This document shows positions 12,411-27,200 of a stretch of DNA of 64,000 nucleotides, one piece after another. How positions within the stretch are numbered: position 1 is the stretch's first letter; every line of letters begins with the position of its first letter. The DNA comes from Lingula anatina (Eukaryota > Animalia > Brachiopoda), in NCBI GenBank assembly GCA_051362555.1, contig CM120641.1:4650001-4714000 (forward strand), written 5' to 3'. Position numbers and translations under genes: made by a program. The notes beneath the pieces are model-generated. The model saw only the letters and a list, made by a program, of their open reading frames with translations, was not told the origin of the DNA and searched no databases.

Positions 12411-15400
12411 TATTATTATTGGTATTCAGCAAAACAAAACTGAATGAAAAACGACGCGTTTCAAAGACGATTCACAACGCATGGTGGATTTCGTAATAAG
12501 AAATTTATAATCATCAGTATTATGGGAATTAAAAGAGAAAGAACTTCTGAGATACATTCAATTCACGTGAGTTGAAATTAAAAGCTTTTATTAAAAACTT
12601 TATATAGTTACACATCTGATCGACTTTCAAGGAGGAGGGTGTGTACATGTAGGAGGGCAGAACGTGCTCAAATGGGCGGTGGAAAACAAATGACATGCCA
12701 TCATAAAAAGGAAATGATTTAAAACTAAAAGTGAATTGAAAAGCGGATATAACGTTAACATATGTGTATTGTAGACAATGTGGAATATACGAAAGGTATG
12801 AAGGCTTATATGTCTGTTGTGTAACGTAGGCCTACTATCATCGATCGTGTAATTTTGCTACGACCCCTGCAGGTCTGTCACATGGTGTTTCTATTGGATT
12901 TAGGCATGCTGATGGTAAATAGCGGTTGTGGATTGAGCATCGCCTTTGCTCTGTTATAAAAAAAATCGGAACCACGTGCCTTTCAAAAGGTTCTGGAATG
13001 TGTTCACTTGTTTGTTACAAGAGAGAGAAAGCGTGGTCCGACTCGAGAAGAGTCGCCGATGGGACTCGGGGGGAAAAAAGTGATCATTTAAGAAACAAGA
13101 CAGTGCCAAATGTTTGGTACGTTTGTATTGTGTAGTTGGAGCTTTGTCATGGGCTAGCGACAATCTGAATGATTATGTTTAAAACCGGCACCATTGAAAC
13201 TTTCTATAGTGCACGTGAAATTGCATGGAAACCGAAAACTTGGGCAGTGCGGACTTTATGCTGATAGGCCATGAAACATGAATGGGTAGCAATATCGTGT
13301 AGGTCACAGCACCCTGTAGGAAGTGGAAAAAAAAAAAAAGAAAGAAAACTGTAGCAGCATCAAGTTCCTATAAAAGTAATACCATGTTAAGATCAAGACT
13401 ATACAGTGAGGATTGTTCCATTGCCCAACCAGCTTCCGGCGATTTTTGTTTTAAGTTATATGTAAAGAAGTTCTTTAATCATTTCGCGCCGGAAGATAAA
13501 GTTATTGTAATAGGATTTTTGTGTGTGGTTGTATCGTAGTTTTGCATTTTAAAAGAGGCCCTGTACAGTGGACACAGTGTTAGTCGAACCCTGTTGTATG
13601 GTTCTAAAACTGCATTTGTAACGAATAGGTAATCATACTTTGTTCGTGCGTACTCTGTAACCATTTGGTGCCGTTTTCACATATTGTACGTGTCTTTTAA
13701 TAAATTAGGGAGGAACATTCTTAAAGTGACTTGCTTTTAGTAGAATTACCTGTCACGTAGCCAATGTCTGTCAATGTACTATAAATAAAACACCTTAGTT
13801 ATTAGTATTCAGATAACTTAATGTGCCGGTATACGAGAAGTCAGGGATGTGGGCCGGTCGGTGCGGTTCCTAACCACTCTTAAAGAGTAAAAAGACGTTT
13901 CCGCACTCTTTCTTGAAAAGGGCACATTCCAAGGTCCACTACTAAATTATGTACTACAAAATGTCTGACATAGCCAAGAATTCGGATCAACATTTAGCCC
14001 CCCTCCCCTCCTGCTTGAAATCCTGGATCCGCAAATGATGCCTCCAGAAAGAGAGACAGGGCATCATGCAATATCTTTCTCTTAAACTTAAAAAGGCAAT
14101 GTCATTAGTTATTCAAAACACCCGATTCCGAATCGACAATACATCTACTTGTATAAAAGAGTCCATCAATTTCCTGGAAGAGCCACATAGGCATGCCAGT
14201 GAACACACTCACAGGCCGACAAGGAGACAATTACAGATGCAATCTCCCCGGCACATCTCTAAATTAGGTTGGAATCCTTAGAACCGCTCAGAGGTTCTTG
14301 GTTCTATCTCTGACAATACTCTGTACCAACTTGGCGGGACAGTGTAGTACAGAGTGGGTCCAGAGAACTAAAGAAGGGGGAAGGGGGGGCGTTAAATAAA
14401 TGTGCGTAACTGTGGTAGTTGATATATGCAGGAAGGTGACACATATAGGCATAAGACTAAGGCTGGAGGGGAGGCCAGCAGCACAATGTATGTCACATTG
14501 ATATCAAGAGGAAAAGACATGAAAAGAAATGGAATCGATAATAAATAATATGATCAAGAGGTGAAAATGCGTGCTAATAGGAAACACTGGGCTTCTGTCC
14601 ATGTAAAATTGACTCCTCATCACACGTTGAACGGTTGCCTCCCTAAGGTTGAATACATTCTATTTTTCTAAATTCGGTTTTACACATGAATCAAATCAAG
14701 TTTATTCATCTAAACACAGCAATATAACAATAACTGCAGATGGCTTGTGAAACAGCTTGATGTGTTAGATATTCCAAATGTTGTAGGTGAGACAATTATT
14801 TTTTGTATTATATGGCCGATTACGTTATAGAAATAGTCTAAAAAGAAATATCGAGTTTTGTCAATTTACTACAATAGGGATAATCGATTAATGCTTACGA
14901 GGCACTTCTCTTACAAATTCAAACAAGTTTACAGCTAAATTACGTAATTACATTTATATTCCGAGAGCAAGCCTGTCAGCAGGTGTAGAGAAGTTGAATT
15001 TTCAACAAAATGGGTGACCTAATTATGATAAAACGCTATCTCGTTGACATTTTCAATTACGTCACATTGTTGGCATCCAATGATTTCGAGTGTTAAAGAA
15101 ACCATATACCCTCAGATTTGCAATACTTCAGTACCTAGAATCCTAGTGGAGTAAAAAAAATCACACATTTTTAGGGATTCCCTTGAAGGTATGGCTTTAC
15201 AGAAGAGAGCCTTCAAACACACACTGATACGTAATATATATATATACGTAAAACAAATATGTCTTTTTGGCTCCGAAATGATAACAAAGTCAAGTCTTCC
15301 TTAAAGTACCATTTTTATTATCATGTAAATGAAAATCAACATTCTCGTCGATAATTTTTTTTCAATCAGACTAAACTGAAAATACATTAGATGCACTTAA

Positions 15401-18232
15401 CATAGCACAAAGCATATGAGACGTTCCAAACAATTTCTCTGCTAAGGCACCCGGAGTTTCAAAGCTTATCTGGCACCGTCCGCTGTAACTACCACGCACA
15501 ATACGTGCCCGACAGGCTCTGACACCCAGGGTTGAGAACAGTTTGTGGAAATATATTGCCTAAGTATGACTACAGCAAATGCCACCTGACTGGTATCTGA
15601 CAGCCCGTTTATTTCTTATGGACATCTCATTGCATTCTGTACATCAAACTGTCTCCATCAGACTGACTTAACGAAGAGAGCTGCTGAATGATGAAGTGAC
15701 AGACAACATAAAACATTCTTCCTGTACAGTATTTCTACACTGCCCACACCAGGCTGGATTAATTATCTACAAGAACTTCTACATACAAAAAGAGTGTCAC
15801 AATTGTTCAATATACACCCCCACCCCTTGAAGATACCACTGTCATGGCCACATGCATGTACCCTGCATCTTTGTCTTGTGTGATCCAGTGGGAAATGAGA
15901 CCAATTCTTTCCATCTGCACTAGTATAACACCTTTCCAGTCAAGCTGTAGAAACCTTGGGGCTATCTTTGCAAATGTCATTATTCTCTATATTACATTGA
16001 TATCAAATGCATCTCATCCCTTACCCATTTCACATGCCACATGCATTTATGTATATAAATAAACTAGTATATGGAAAGAGATCCCTTAAAAGAACCATAC
16101 CTTTTGACATATTTTGATCATAAAATAGTAGCATAGAAAATAGTTCTTTCACCCACGCAGAATGTCTTTCAAACCCTTGACCAGTTTCTTCAAGCGATAG
16201 TTATATACGCAACCATAACAATCTGCCAAATGATTTCCAGGGATTTAACATTCTTGGTAAACAGGTTCATCAGAAACCTATCAATGCTTAAAGACGAAAC
16301 TAATGCCAAATGTGGTAGACCTAATAAAACCAATCCATTGTAGGAGCAAATTAGTACTAACATTAAGTTGAAAACCACATAAGTACAGATAGGATGAAGC
16401 TGGTAGACTAAGTATTAATCCTTGCTTATAATTCAACAATTAACACCAACAGGTGTTCCAATGGATAAAAAAATCATGTTATAAAGCATACAGGCCAAAT
16501 AGCTTTACCTCTACCATAATGACGATGTGGTGTTACTGAATAAACCTGATGTACTAAAAGTCAGATCCTTCATCGTACTCATCATCAAGACAAAAACTTC
16601 TTAGTATGTGCAAATAACTAATGATTAAGTAGTGAAGATCTCTTATTATATAGGACTTCTAATGCCACTTCAAGCCACACTCAACTCCTACACATTGACA
16701 ACCTGGAAACAAATGATACTGGTTAGGTATGGAGACAAAATGGCCCATTTGGCGGGTAGTTCTCTTGACACCACTGCAAATAATGACACGTAATGGTCCA
16801 TTCTTTTCAATGGGCAAAAATTATCAAACTTTCAGACACATAATTTCATTATCACAAAAATTATTATCATTATATATAGCATTTATCTTGCTTTTACTAT
16901 ATAAAAAAGAACTTGTTGCCTGCTTTTTAATTTTGATCCTACCACTCAACAGAAATGTTCTTATTTAAAGAAATTATGACTTCAAAAATACAGTATCTGT
17001 AAAATTTACATTTTTCCCCCATTGAAAAGTGAGTAATTACCATAGATCAGTGCAGTGACAGAAATGACTATACTGGTCCAAGGCCACTATCTTATATTAA
17101 AGTCAGTAAGACAGGGCAAGTATAATGGACAGTGGTTTAAGACAAACCAGTGTCCCATAGCATCTACTGGTCTGCGAAAACAGAGCAAAAATTACAATGT
17201 TTCCACCACTAATGTTATGATGGTGCAGCCAGACATGCTACTGGGCCCAGATGAGGCCTAGTGATGTAGAAGTCCTAATGCCCAGAGCTAGAATTTATAG
17301 ATTGTTGTTTTTTCAATGAAATCCATCTCAGACACCAGAATTCACTAGATCATTGACTCTTTTGTCTCAAAAAAGATTTGGATTGGCCCCATTAGGGTTT
17401 GAATTGGGTCTCCTGTCCAAGAATCTTCATACTGCCCCGTCGTCCATTTGCACAATATTTATGATTTTACTATACTGAAGAATTACAAACATCAAGACAT
17501 TGCTCCACAGGGCTATCTTCCTTTTTGTATCTTATACTTAGTTTCTAATACGCAAATTTGTACATATTTTTTTTCTCTATACAAATATTTATAAATTTTG
17601 ACATGAAAAAATTATACAAGCAGATATACAACAAGTCTTTTTACCTTTCCTTTTGACACGAGGACCTCACTCTCCACACTTATTTTATTCAGCATCATAA
17701 AAAAGATATATTTACCACCACACAATTTAACAATTTCCTAGTGCTTGAGAAACTATTTCACCTTTCACCGTTTTTCCCCGTCATACGTAAGTGTGTTCTT
17801 ATAAAACTTATTTTCCCTATTTCATTCTGTTTATAAAATCACCACCAGCTTTATATTGCACAATGTCCTTGTAGCAATGCGTGCAAACCACTGCTTAGCA
17901 TGTGGCAATAGGAGAAGTCTGGCATGTGGCAGCCCCTAGCAGGCAAGTCAGGAAAGTTCCTTCCCAAAACTGTCAGCGCCATCTATACACAGCAGCAGTT
18001 ACGTATCTTACCTTTCAAGGCCTCTTACCCCCCCCCCCCCCCCAAGCAGGGCCTCTTTTCAGTTCCTCCCCATGCTGCGTTCATCACATAAGAGAGAAAG
18101 GTTGTCTAATTCATGTAGAACTGGATCCATAAAAGCCCTGCATTCCTCTCCGATCCATGTCATAAGTCCGCCCAGTTATATGGAGAAAACACACCACAGG
18201 ACACCAGATGGCATCGTTAACAATCCAATGGT

Positions 18233-21200
18233 TCATTTTTTCAAGTGTCTTGAGGAGGAGGACCGGCCTGTGATGTCCCCTTCCTTGGATGCACTACCTC
18301 GTCTCATGGCAGAGTTCAGTCCCGTTACACCAGGATTCAAGTGGGAGGCAGACATCCGTCCGTCACGACCAGTGAGATCCGAGCTGGACATGTTTGGAGC
18401 ACCACCACGATGAATGCGCATGCTGATACGTCGCTCTCGATCTGGTAATAATAATAATAACAACAATAATAAATATAAGGAGAAACACCATGGCCAGGCC
18501 AGAGTAAAGACTGCTAAATCCCCTTTGCTCTTTTACAAATGCATGCTGCAATGCTGCCCCGTTCAATTTAATTGGATGCCATACTAGTTTATAATGCACA
18601 CTTTTGAGAGGATCCAATTCTGGATATCAGAGTAACTGACGTTACATTGGATTTTAAATCTGGACTCATCACTCTATGGAATTAGAAAAACTTAGGTGAC
18701 CATTCCTTTTTTTTTCCACACAGATGAAAGCACCCTTGGTATTTGGTAACACAACCATTTTCCATATAAACACCATTTTCCATATAAACATTCTTTATTT
18801 TCTCAAATGAATTATACACCTTTTCATTCAATTCAGTATCTTTAAGAATAAGGAGCCAGTGCTTATCACATCAAGATTCAAAAGCAACAAGCCTGATTGT
18901 TTTACACTGATAAGATTGAACAATATCATCCTTGAATGGAGGTAACAATTTTCCACATTTCAATCTGCAAAATATTCATAGCTCGTGTAAATTTTATACA
19001 TCCAAGTTAAAACCACATTCAATTTACAGGAAAGGGGATAAGTGGAGGATTGTTGACAACCAATCTTAAAAAAAAAAGAAAAAAAAGACAAACAGTCTTT
19101 TACAAAATAATATCTTGAAATTAAGTAGGTGTAACAAATGTTTCATTAATATATGAGTTATCAAACACTTGAATTAGTTCTATCAAGTTACAAGCATATT
19201 GATGTCAAATTCAAAGATAAGATGCCCACATCTTTCATTACATTAAGTGAAAATACATTGTTTAACTTTTCCTTATGACTGGGAAAACAATCCTCATCTT
19301 TCATAAAAATCTATTTCAAGTTATTGCTTTCATGCAAGTGGGCGTAATACAAAAACAGTCTATAAGGGCCCTTGGCAATGGGAACTCAATTTATCACATC
19401 ACCGAGAATACACAAATATGTTATCTTGCTTTATGTCTTTCATGTACAAATACAGTGTTCTTCAGTCATCCCTCGCAACTGTGCATTCAGAAAATGTAAG
19501 CACAAAAATAAACACATATATACAAATGTACAAATGTTTTGGCAAATGTCTCTTTTCCCTTCCTGAATTATCCCCAACCCACCCACCCCCAGTTTTATGA
19601 AATCAAATGAGAAAATAATTGAGTCAATATTTGAGTCAGTCAGTTTTCAACTTACAAGCTCACAACAAGGAAGTACCTGAGACGGATTTTAACAATAAGC
19701 AGAAGTTGGTGAGAACGAGTGAATATTGCACTTCCAAATTGCACTTTATAGAATTAGTACCAAGATGTTTTTTTTTCTTCAGTATAAAACATTTAAATTT
19801 ATCCCCTGGTAAAAACCCATAAAATGATGTTATGTACAGAAAACAACTCTTTTCATCCATTGTGTTATATTATACACTTACTCACAAAATACTGTTAAGG
19901 TTACAACTCTTCATGATAATTAAACAACTGACGTTGCAAGAACATAACTTTTTCGTATGTACAATTATTAGAATTTGTATATAAACAATAAATTTTTAGA
20001 TTTCGAAAATAAATCAATCATGAGGAAAAAAGTGTTGACACAAGCTTCACATTCCTATCCCTTCCACCAGTCACAAATAAGCAGTCAAGCTTAACACTGC
20101 ATCCTTTGAATAAATGACACCAGACCTAACAGTCACTGCAAATGTGGAGAGTGTGGAGAAGGAGCATTTCTTGGCGAGGGCAAGTTACGAGGAGATGCAC
20201 GTGTGCGACTAACAGAAGCTTCGTTTGTCTCTCTTCTTCTTTTTATCAAGTCTGAATTTGGCACAGGAATCCCTGTGCCAGTTATCCCCACTCGCCCTGA
20301 GCTGCCCCTGGAAACAAGTCGCGGACGCACCTCTGGGATGTGCGAGACGCTTGCACGTGCAGTGATGCTGGCACGTGCTGTAGACATGCGTGATCTCCCC
20401 GACATTGATGGGCGTTCAATGGATGGGTCTAAAATGCAAGGGACAATGTGTAAGACTCAGGATGACGAAGAAAAAAATATATATGATCAAATACCTCTCC
20501 CACTGCCAAAAGATTATTTGCAAGAACATGCAGTATGAAAAATAGTAGGCTCTCCCACATGCAAAACATTATTGACAGGGTTGTCATAAAGACTTGCAGT
20601 TGGCAATTATTTCCAACTGGATAGAATTCAAATTAATAACTGTTAAAAATCATCAATTTTTCTTATAATTTTATCAATTAGGATGTCATTGTTTTATTAC
20701 TGGAAAATGTGATCAAGTCAGGAATAGAAATTACGTATACAGGTACCTGTGGGACAAGCATTGGGCAGGGCACCTGTAGGTAAGAAAGCAGAGGTCAGTT
20801 GGAACTCTGGAACTGACGCATAATGCACAGCAGGCAGTTTGATCTAATCCTCATGCTATACCAACTTATTAGGGAAGGAACGGCTATGTATGTCACTGGT
20901 ATTAGTACTGAACTGAAAGTTGGGGAACTTTAGTTTACCTACCTCAAATAAGAAGAAAACAAGTAGCTGTTCAGTGTGTTTATTTCTCATTCATCACCAC
21001 CATCATCCTCATCATCATGCTGCTTGTTACTAGTTGTATATATGTAGAACTTGTGCTGGGTTATTCACTACAGCTCATCAGACGCACAAGAAATGTTTAT
21101 TTGGCTAAGCATATAATGTATTTCAATGAACTATCTCTAGTAAATATATTACATGCCATACAAAACTGGTGAAAAAAAATTAATGCCATCACTTTGTCAA

Positions 21201-24200
21201 CAACATTCCTGTTAATTCTACCCATACATTTTAAATACAGAAACTGAAGCAGGACAACTTTCAGCAAATTACACTTGCAGTTTTCATTTTAGGGAATATG
21301 TGGCAATTCACCATATTTGGCTTTTTTTTCTTTCAGTGAAACAAGGGAGGGCAAATCAGCATTGAAATCACATTTAAGCAGGAACTTCTGCCAGCATATG
21401 GGAAAATGTATTAATGAACCAAAATGAAAAAATAAATCTTTAAAGACATCATTTTTAAGCTTTTTTTTTTTTTTAAATGTTAATTAAATATCAGTCATAG
21501 TGTCTCTTTTGAAGAGTTAAAGCATAAAACCTACAGCTAGAAATTCTCAAAGCTTCAAAATCACAAATCAAATATTTGAACAGGGCAGCAACATGCAGCA
21601 GTCATAATCACATCATAAATGCAAAGATCATCGTTATTATAATCGCTCTTTTGAAACAATCAAACTATTACAACAAAACTGAGGTCAACCTCAATGCATT
21701 ATTTGATTTTCACATTAAATCAACAGCAAAACAACCTAAGTAATCATCAATTGCAACATTTTAACTGTTCACTCTGATAATGATTGTTCAATCTTCAATA
21801 TTGCATGATTAGTCTTGTCATTAAAAAAATTTCTCTTATGACCACAATACTGTCTAAATTCCAAGTGGAAACTAGGTACGCACACATCAGAACACATCTA
21901 CTGTTCAAGTCAGTTTAGCCTGCTTGACCTTGGCTTTGCCAGGCCGTCTGCCTCGCTTACCAGCGTAATCAGCACCAGGGCTGGGCATGGCTTGTTCTGT
22001 GCTGCGTGTACGACCTTGTGCTGTGCCGGGGAGCGCACGCGTAGTTGAACTATGTACGTGGCGGTCCCGTCGATCTCTTTCCGATTCCTCGTTGCTCCGA
22101 CTGCTACCCTACAAATTAGAAATATACAGCTGTGCTCAATATAATGCAATGATCTCCGAATTGCTTTTATTGTTCAACTTAACAAATTACAACTCAATTT
22201 TTTAAACTTAATTTTATTAAATGCTAACAGGAATGTAATTCATATTTTTTTGGTACAACCACCTTGTAGGTGATACTTAACGGTGAAAACATAAATCACA
22301 TTTTAAAAAAGTAAACATTGACACTTTTACACTCACAAATTTCAGCATATTCCAGTCAAATACATAGTCATATGTGAACCCCTGTCTGTGGAATAAGTTT
22401 CGGAAGAGTTGCCGAAGATAGGAATAATCAGGTTTGTCGTCAAACCTCAGAGAGCGACAGAAGTTGAGGTATGTAGCAAATTCCGCTAAAATGAGGAAAT
22501 ATGTTTAATCAAAACATAATGTATGAACAAATGACTGTATTCTTAATAATACCATGCAAGATGACATTTTCCACCTGAAAAATTGTCGAGAAAGCATTTA
22601 TGTCAGAGGTATGTATAATCAATTCTTTGAAATGAAAACCAACAATTCTTGGTAAAACATTTCTTTCCTGTTGATGCAATTCTTAAAAAGTGCCCAAAGA
22701 AAAATATTCCATCAAATCCAAGAAGCCAGCATTGCTATTTAATTTCAGCTAAAATACAAGGCATATACTTCACTGCATAAGAACCCCCATTTTCACACCA
22801 GGCTCACTCTTACACATTATTTTATTTTTGTTGCCACAACCATTTTTTAGCCAAATGTTCTTTCTTTCACTTTTTAATTTTTTTTTTCAAGTGAGAGAGG
22901 GTGGATGGTTTCTTTTGATAGTTTTGAGGGAAAAATTGGCTGCAGTAAACCAACATCTCCACCAGTAATTGATGACTGGTATCTATGAAAACATAACTCA
23001 TTTTCATTTCTTAATTAATTCATTGCTAAATTGGTGAAGGAATTCAATTTATCTTCAATTTATCATCCAAAGCTTTTAAAAAAATTGTAGCACCAGTTTT
23101 TAATAACTACTTACAGGGAAATCCTTTACACAGCTCCTCAATTGGTGTAGACATTTTCTTCTCACTTATCCTTTCGTATTTTTGTCTTTTTGTTGCAGCT
23201 TTTAGGCCCTGCCAAGGCAGGCTTCCACGTAGGAAATACATAAATACATAGCCTAATGATTCCATATCATCTCGCCTGCTTTGTTCTGAAATTTATAAAC
23301 AATACCATTATACCATGATCATTAAAACTATAGAAAAATAATAAAACATATCAACTGCACAATATTGGTTATCTACATTTTCAAGCATCAATACAACCAA
23401 GGTGCAGCTCATGCACTCAAGACAAAACTAGCATATATTTTTGTTTTATATAGTAATCAAACTGAAGCGTTTGTTTTTGGAGGGAATAAAACACAGTTCA
23501 ACTGTCTTTCTCAATGATTCACTTGAATGATGATGTTGGCTCTTCAAAGTAATTACAGATTACTCATCCCATTTCAAGCAGTTAGCTTCATATGCCATTA
23601 TACAAAACAAGCTATTCATTTGTCCATTTAGAGCAGATAAAGTCAGAGCTTTATTGGCAGCTGTAAACCACAGTCAAAATCCATTCTTTCACATTTTGAT
23701 TGAAATTCTGATTGGCATTGCAATGAAGAAGGTCCAGCTATATCTGCCCAGCTTAAAACACACAAGTTGACAAGTACATACAACATATCTTACCTATGCC
23801 TAAATGTGTGTTTATACTTGCATATCTAGCAGTCCCTGTGAGATTCTTATTTTCCCTATATGGAATATGTTGGTGCGTTCTAGCATCACGGTATTTTTTG
23901 GCAAGGCCAAAGTCTATAATGTAGACCAAGTTTCCTTTTTTGCCCAGTCCCATTAAAAAGTTGTCTGGTTTGACATCTCTGTGTATGAAATTTTTTGAAT
24001 GTATATATTCAATGCGGCTTATCTGAAAATAAAAGGGAGAGAAATTCTATATTAAGTACTGGTAAGAGAGATTGTGGAAAAGGGAAAACAGCAAATAAAA
24101 GAAAAACACTGGATGCTTCAAACAAATCTTTATTAATTCTTTCTAAATCATACTTGCTGTTTTGACTTCTTTCAACAAAAATTCACATAAACTATGTCTT

Positions 24201-27200
24201 TTCAAGGGAGCAGGCAGTGATCAATACTTCGTCATACAAGCCAATTTTCTTTACCAGCTGATCTGCCAGCAGGAGCACTGTTTTCAGACTGAATTTCCTT
24301 GAACAGAAGTTGAATAGGTCCTCCAGACTAGGACCCAGTAACTCCATCACCATGACATTGTAATCTCCTTCTGTGCCACACCACTTGATGGTAGGGATCC
24401 CCACTGGAAGATAAATTAATGACAGATATTCATTTTTATATATGATAGAGTAAGGATTCTTATAGCCCAAATGATTTAAGAAAGAATTAGGGTGCGTTAA
24501 AAATAAACTACTCGTACCAGGTAGTTTGAACAAACTCCCAGGGACTCTTGCTGAATGCAATCAGATTTACATATTTGAACACACCCCCTTGTTTTCACCA
24601 TACTCTTGTAATCACCAGCTTTTCTGTATTCTACTCAACACCAAGAGGAGGCATGTTAACCTTTAAATCTGATTGCATTAAGCGCGTGTCCCCTCAGAGT
24701 TGGTTGAACTACACTCTTATTCTCCACGGTAGAAAAAGAAATTAACCTGATAACACAAATATTTTGTAATAACAAACATGGGTCAACCTAAAGACATTTG
24801 ACTTTGGTTCATACTTTTTCTAAAATGTCATCTTGTATACCAACGCAATACCAGACAAAAAGGGAAAAAATTCAACAATACAGAACAGGATATAATAAAC
24901 ATATGATACCTCAGTTGACATTTGCACCTCATTCCCAATGCATTTATACGATTTCAGTTCATCTTTACTGAATGCAATGACCAGAATTCCCTTCAACAAT
25001 GAAGCCAAGGGAGAGCACAATTGCATTCAGACTGTATGTCAACAATATCACCTTCACAAGTATAACTGTACACTACCCATTTAGTCTAGATAGCAATTGA
25101 TTTGACTGCATCTTTTCATGCACTCTAAAGTGAGTCACTCACACTAGAATCAATGTACAGCGGAGCGTGCATCAGCAACATTAAAGAAGGCTACTGCATA
25201 TATTATATCTCTTGACAACTGCCACACAATATTTATCACTTCATACTTTGTTTTATATGTCAGGTTACTAGCCTTACTACAGTGCACCCTCAATCAACGC
25301 ATGCTTTTCTCTTTAGAAGAAGAGACCAATTGTATTAAGCCATAAATCTTAGGCTCTGTTCTCACAACTTTTAGATCGATCTATCACCGCGGGGAGTCTC
25401 ACTAGATTACTGTCAGATAATCCCCCTTAAGTGTCCGTCCCCGCCTACTACAAGCTTTAAGGGGTAATTAACTTTCGTGTCCGCCCGGCTGACAGCTATT
25501 TAGCGTGAACCCCCAGGGAGTTAGGTCGATCCAATGTAGGTCGATCTAATCTATGAGAATGGGGTGTTAAAAGTAAAAACTATGATGCACTTTTTTGGGT
25601 TGTACATCTTAAGCAGGACTTTATCATCCAGGACATGGCAAGTTGTGTTATTGATCAGGGCAAAATGGAATTCAAATATTATATTGCAGAATTTATATCT
25701 ACAGCCAATACATATAGCTCCATACATAATTGCCATTTCCTCTCACAACCACAACACCACTATATTTCACTGTGCAGCCATATAGAAATAGCTGTCACTA
25801 GGATCAAACTGCAATATTTTTTCTTTTTCATCAGCTGAATATATATCATTCTGTCTTTACAAATGTACATTTTTGAGTCATTTTAGCCATTCTTTCAATA
25901 ATTTGTGTAAAAAAATTAGAAAACAGACTTAATATGCTCTTTAGTGATTCTTATAAAATATCAAAAAAAAATATTGGCACAGACAAAACCAAACAAAACA
26001 AAATAACGAAACTTGAGTTTAGCAAGTGTAATTTCAAATTTCCACTGAGTAACACAGTAGAACTACTGCCTTACCTCCCCCCTGCATCATTTTGTAAAAC
26101 TTGCTTTCTATGTGAAGCTGTGGGTGCTTTGTCTTGACACATTCTAACTTGATGGCAACCTCCTCCCCTGTAGAAATGTTTGTGCCTAGAAAATAAAGGA
26201 AAAACTATTATCACAGATGTCCAGGTCTTTAGGGTGAATCATGTTATATTGGTAATTTATTCTTTTGCCATTTTCCAGGTCAAAATATTACCGTTACTTA
26301 AATACATTTTACCAAACATGTTTTTTCCATAAATAACTCACACTGTTGTTTCTAATGATGGTAACCACACGCAGTAAAAAGAATTAAAAGCATAAGATCA
26401 AAGCTCTGTATTAATCTTTAATTTCATGATTTCTAATAAATTAATATCAATGTTAAATGAAACAATTTGTCACTTGTCTACCTAATCAAGTACAGTAACA
26501 TTGTAATCCAGTTGCTGTTTCCAGCTGGAAAGTCAACAAACACAGACAAGTTGACTATTCATTTATAAGGTCAACACACACAGATGAGTTGACTGTATTA
26601 TCTATGCAATATAAACTTTGTCCTGATAAATATGTCATCAACACCCTATAGCCAAAAATATCAAAAGCTAATATATATCTGCACAACACTAAGTAAAGCC
26701 TCAAAAAGACCCAAGCTTTTACAAGTGCAATGCAAACAATAATATAGTACAAGCAGCTGAAACTGGTATGCTTACAAGATGGAAACCAGGTTGTAATAAA
26801 GGCCAGTGGCAGTTGGCTGATCATAAGCCTCACATATGAACAGGGTTTTCTGGATGTAATGAAATTGATCTCCATTGAAATGACTAAGCATGCTGGTGCA
26901 GCAAACTGTGTATTCACAGAATACTATCCCCTTTAGCCTTCTCACCATTCACTTAAAACAGGCTCATTGTTGACTGGAGTTTGTAATATGATTCAAGATT
27001 TCCTATAAAAGATGAATCACAACTTGTGTTCTTCCACAGACTTCAATAGAAAGTGTCAGACTCAATCATGCTGAAATTTAAACCCAATGCCCTAACCCCA
27101 GTCCTCTTGTAACCTAGAGATTTAACATCAATATATTATATATGAACTAATACAAGATGTTACATCTAATTCTTCAACTTGTGTTCTAGTGTTCACACGT

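Noticed and set aside
12260-12496. ORF overlapping the CACNG stop (ATGA)
   Set aside because: 3' UTR sequence; its ER repeat is just the GA microsatellite.
15440-15610. Possible degenerate SINE on the minus strand
   Set aside because: Only a vague resemblance; no clear A/B boxes and no second copy in the window.
18072-20538. Plus-strand ORFs 18072-18413 and 20203-20538
   Set aside because: Antisense shadows of GC-richer CK1 exons.
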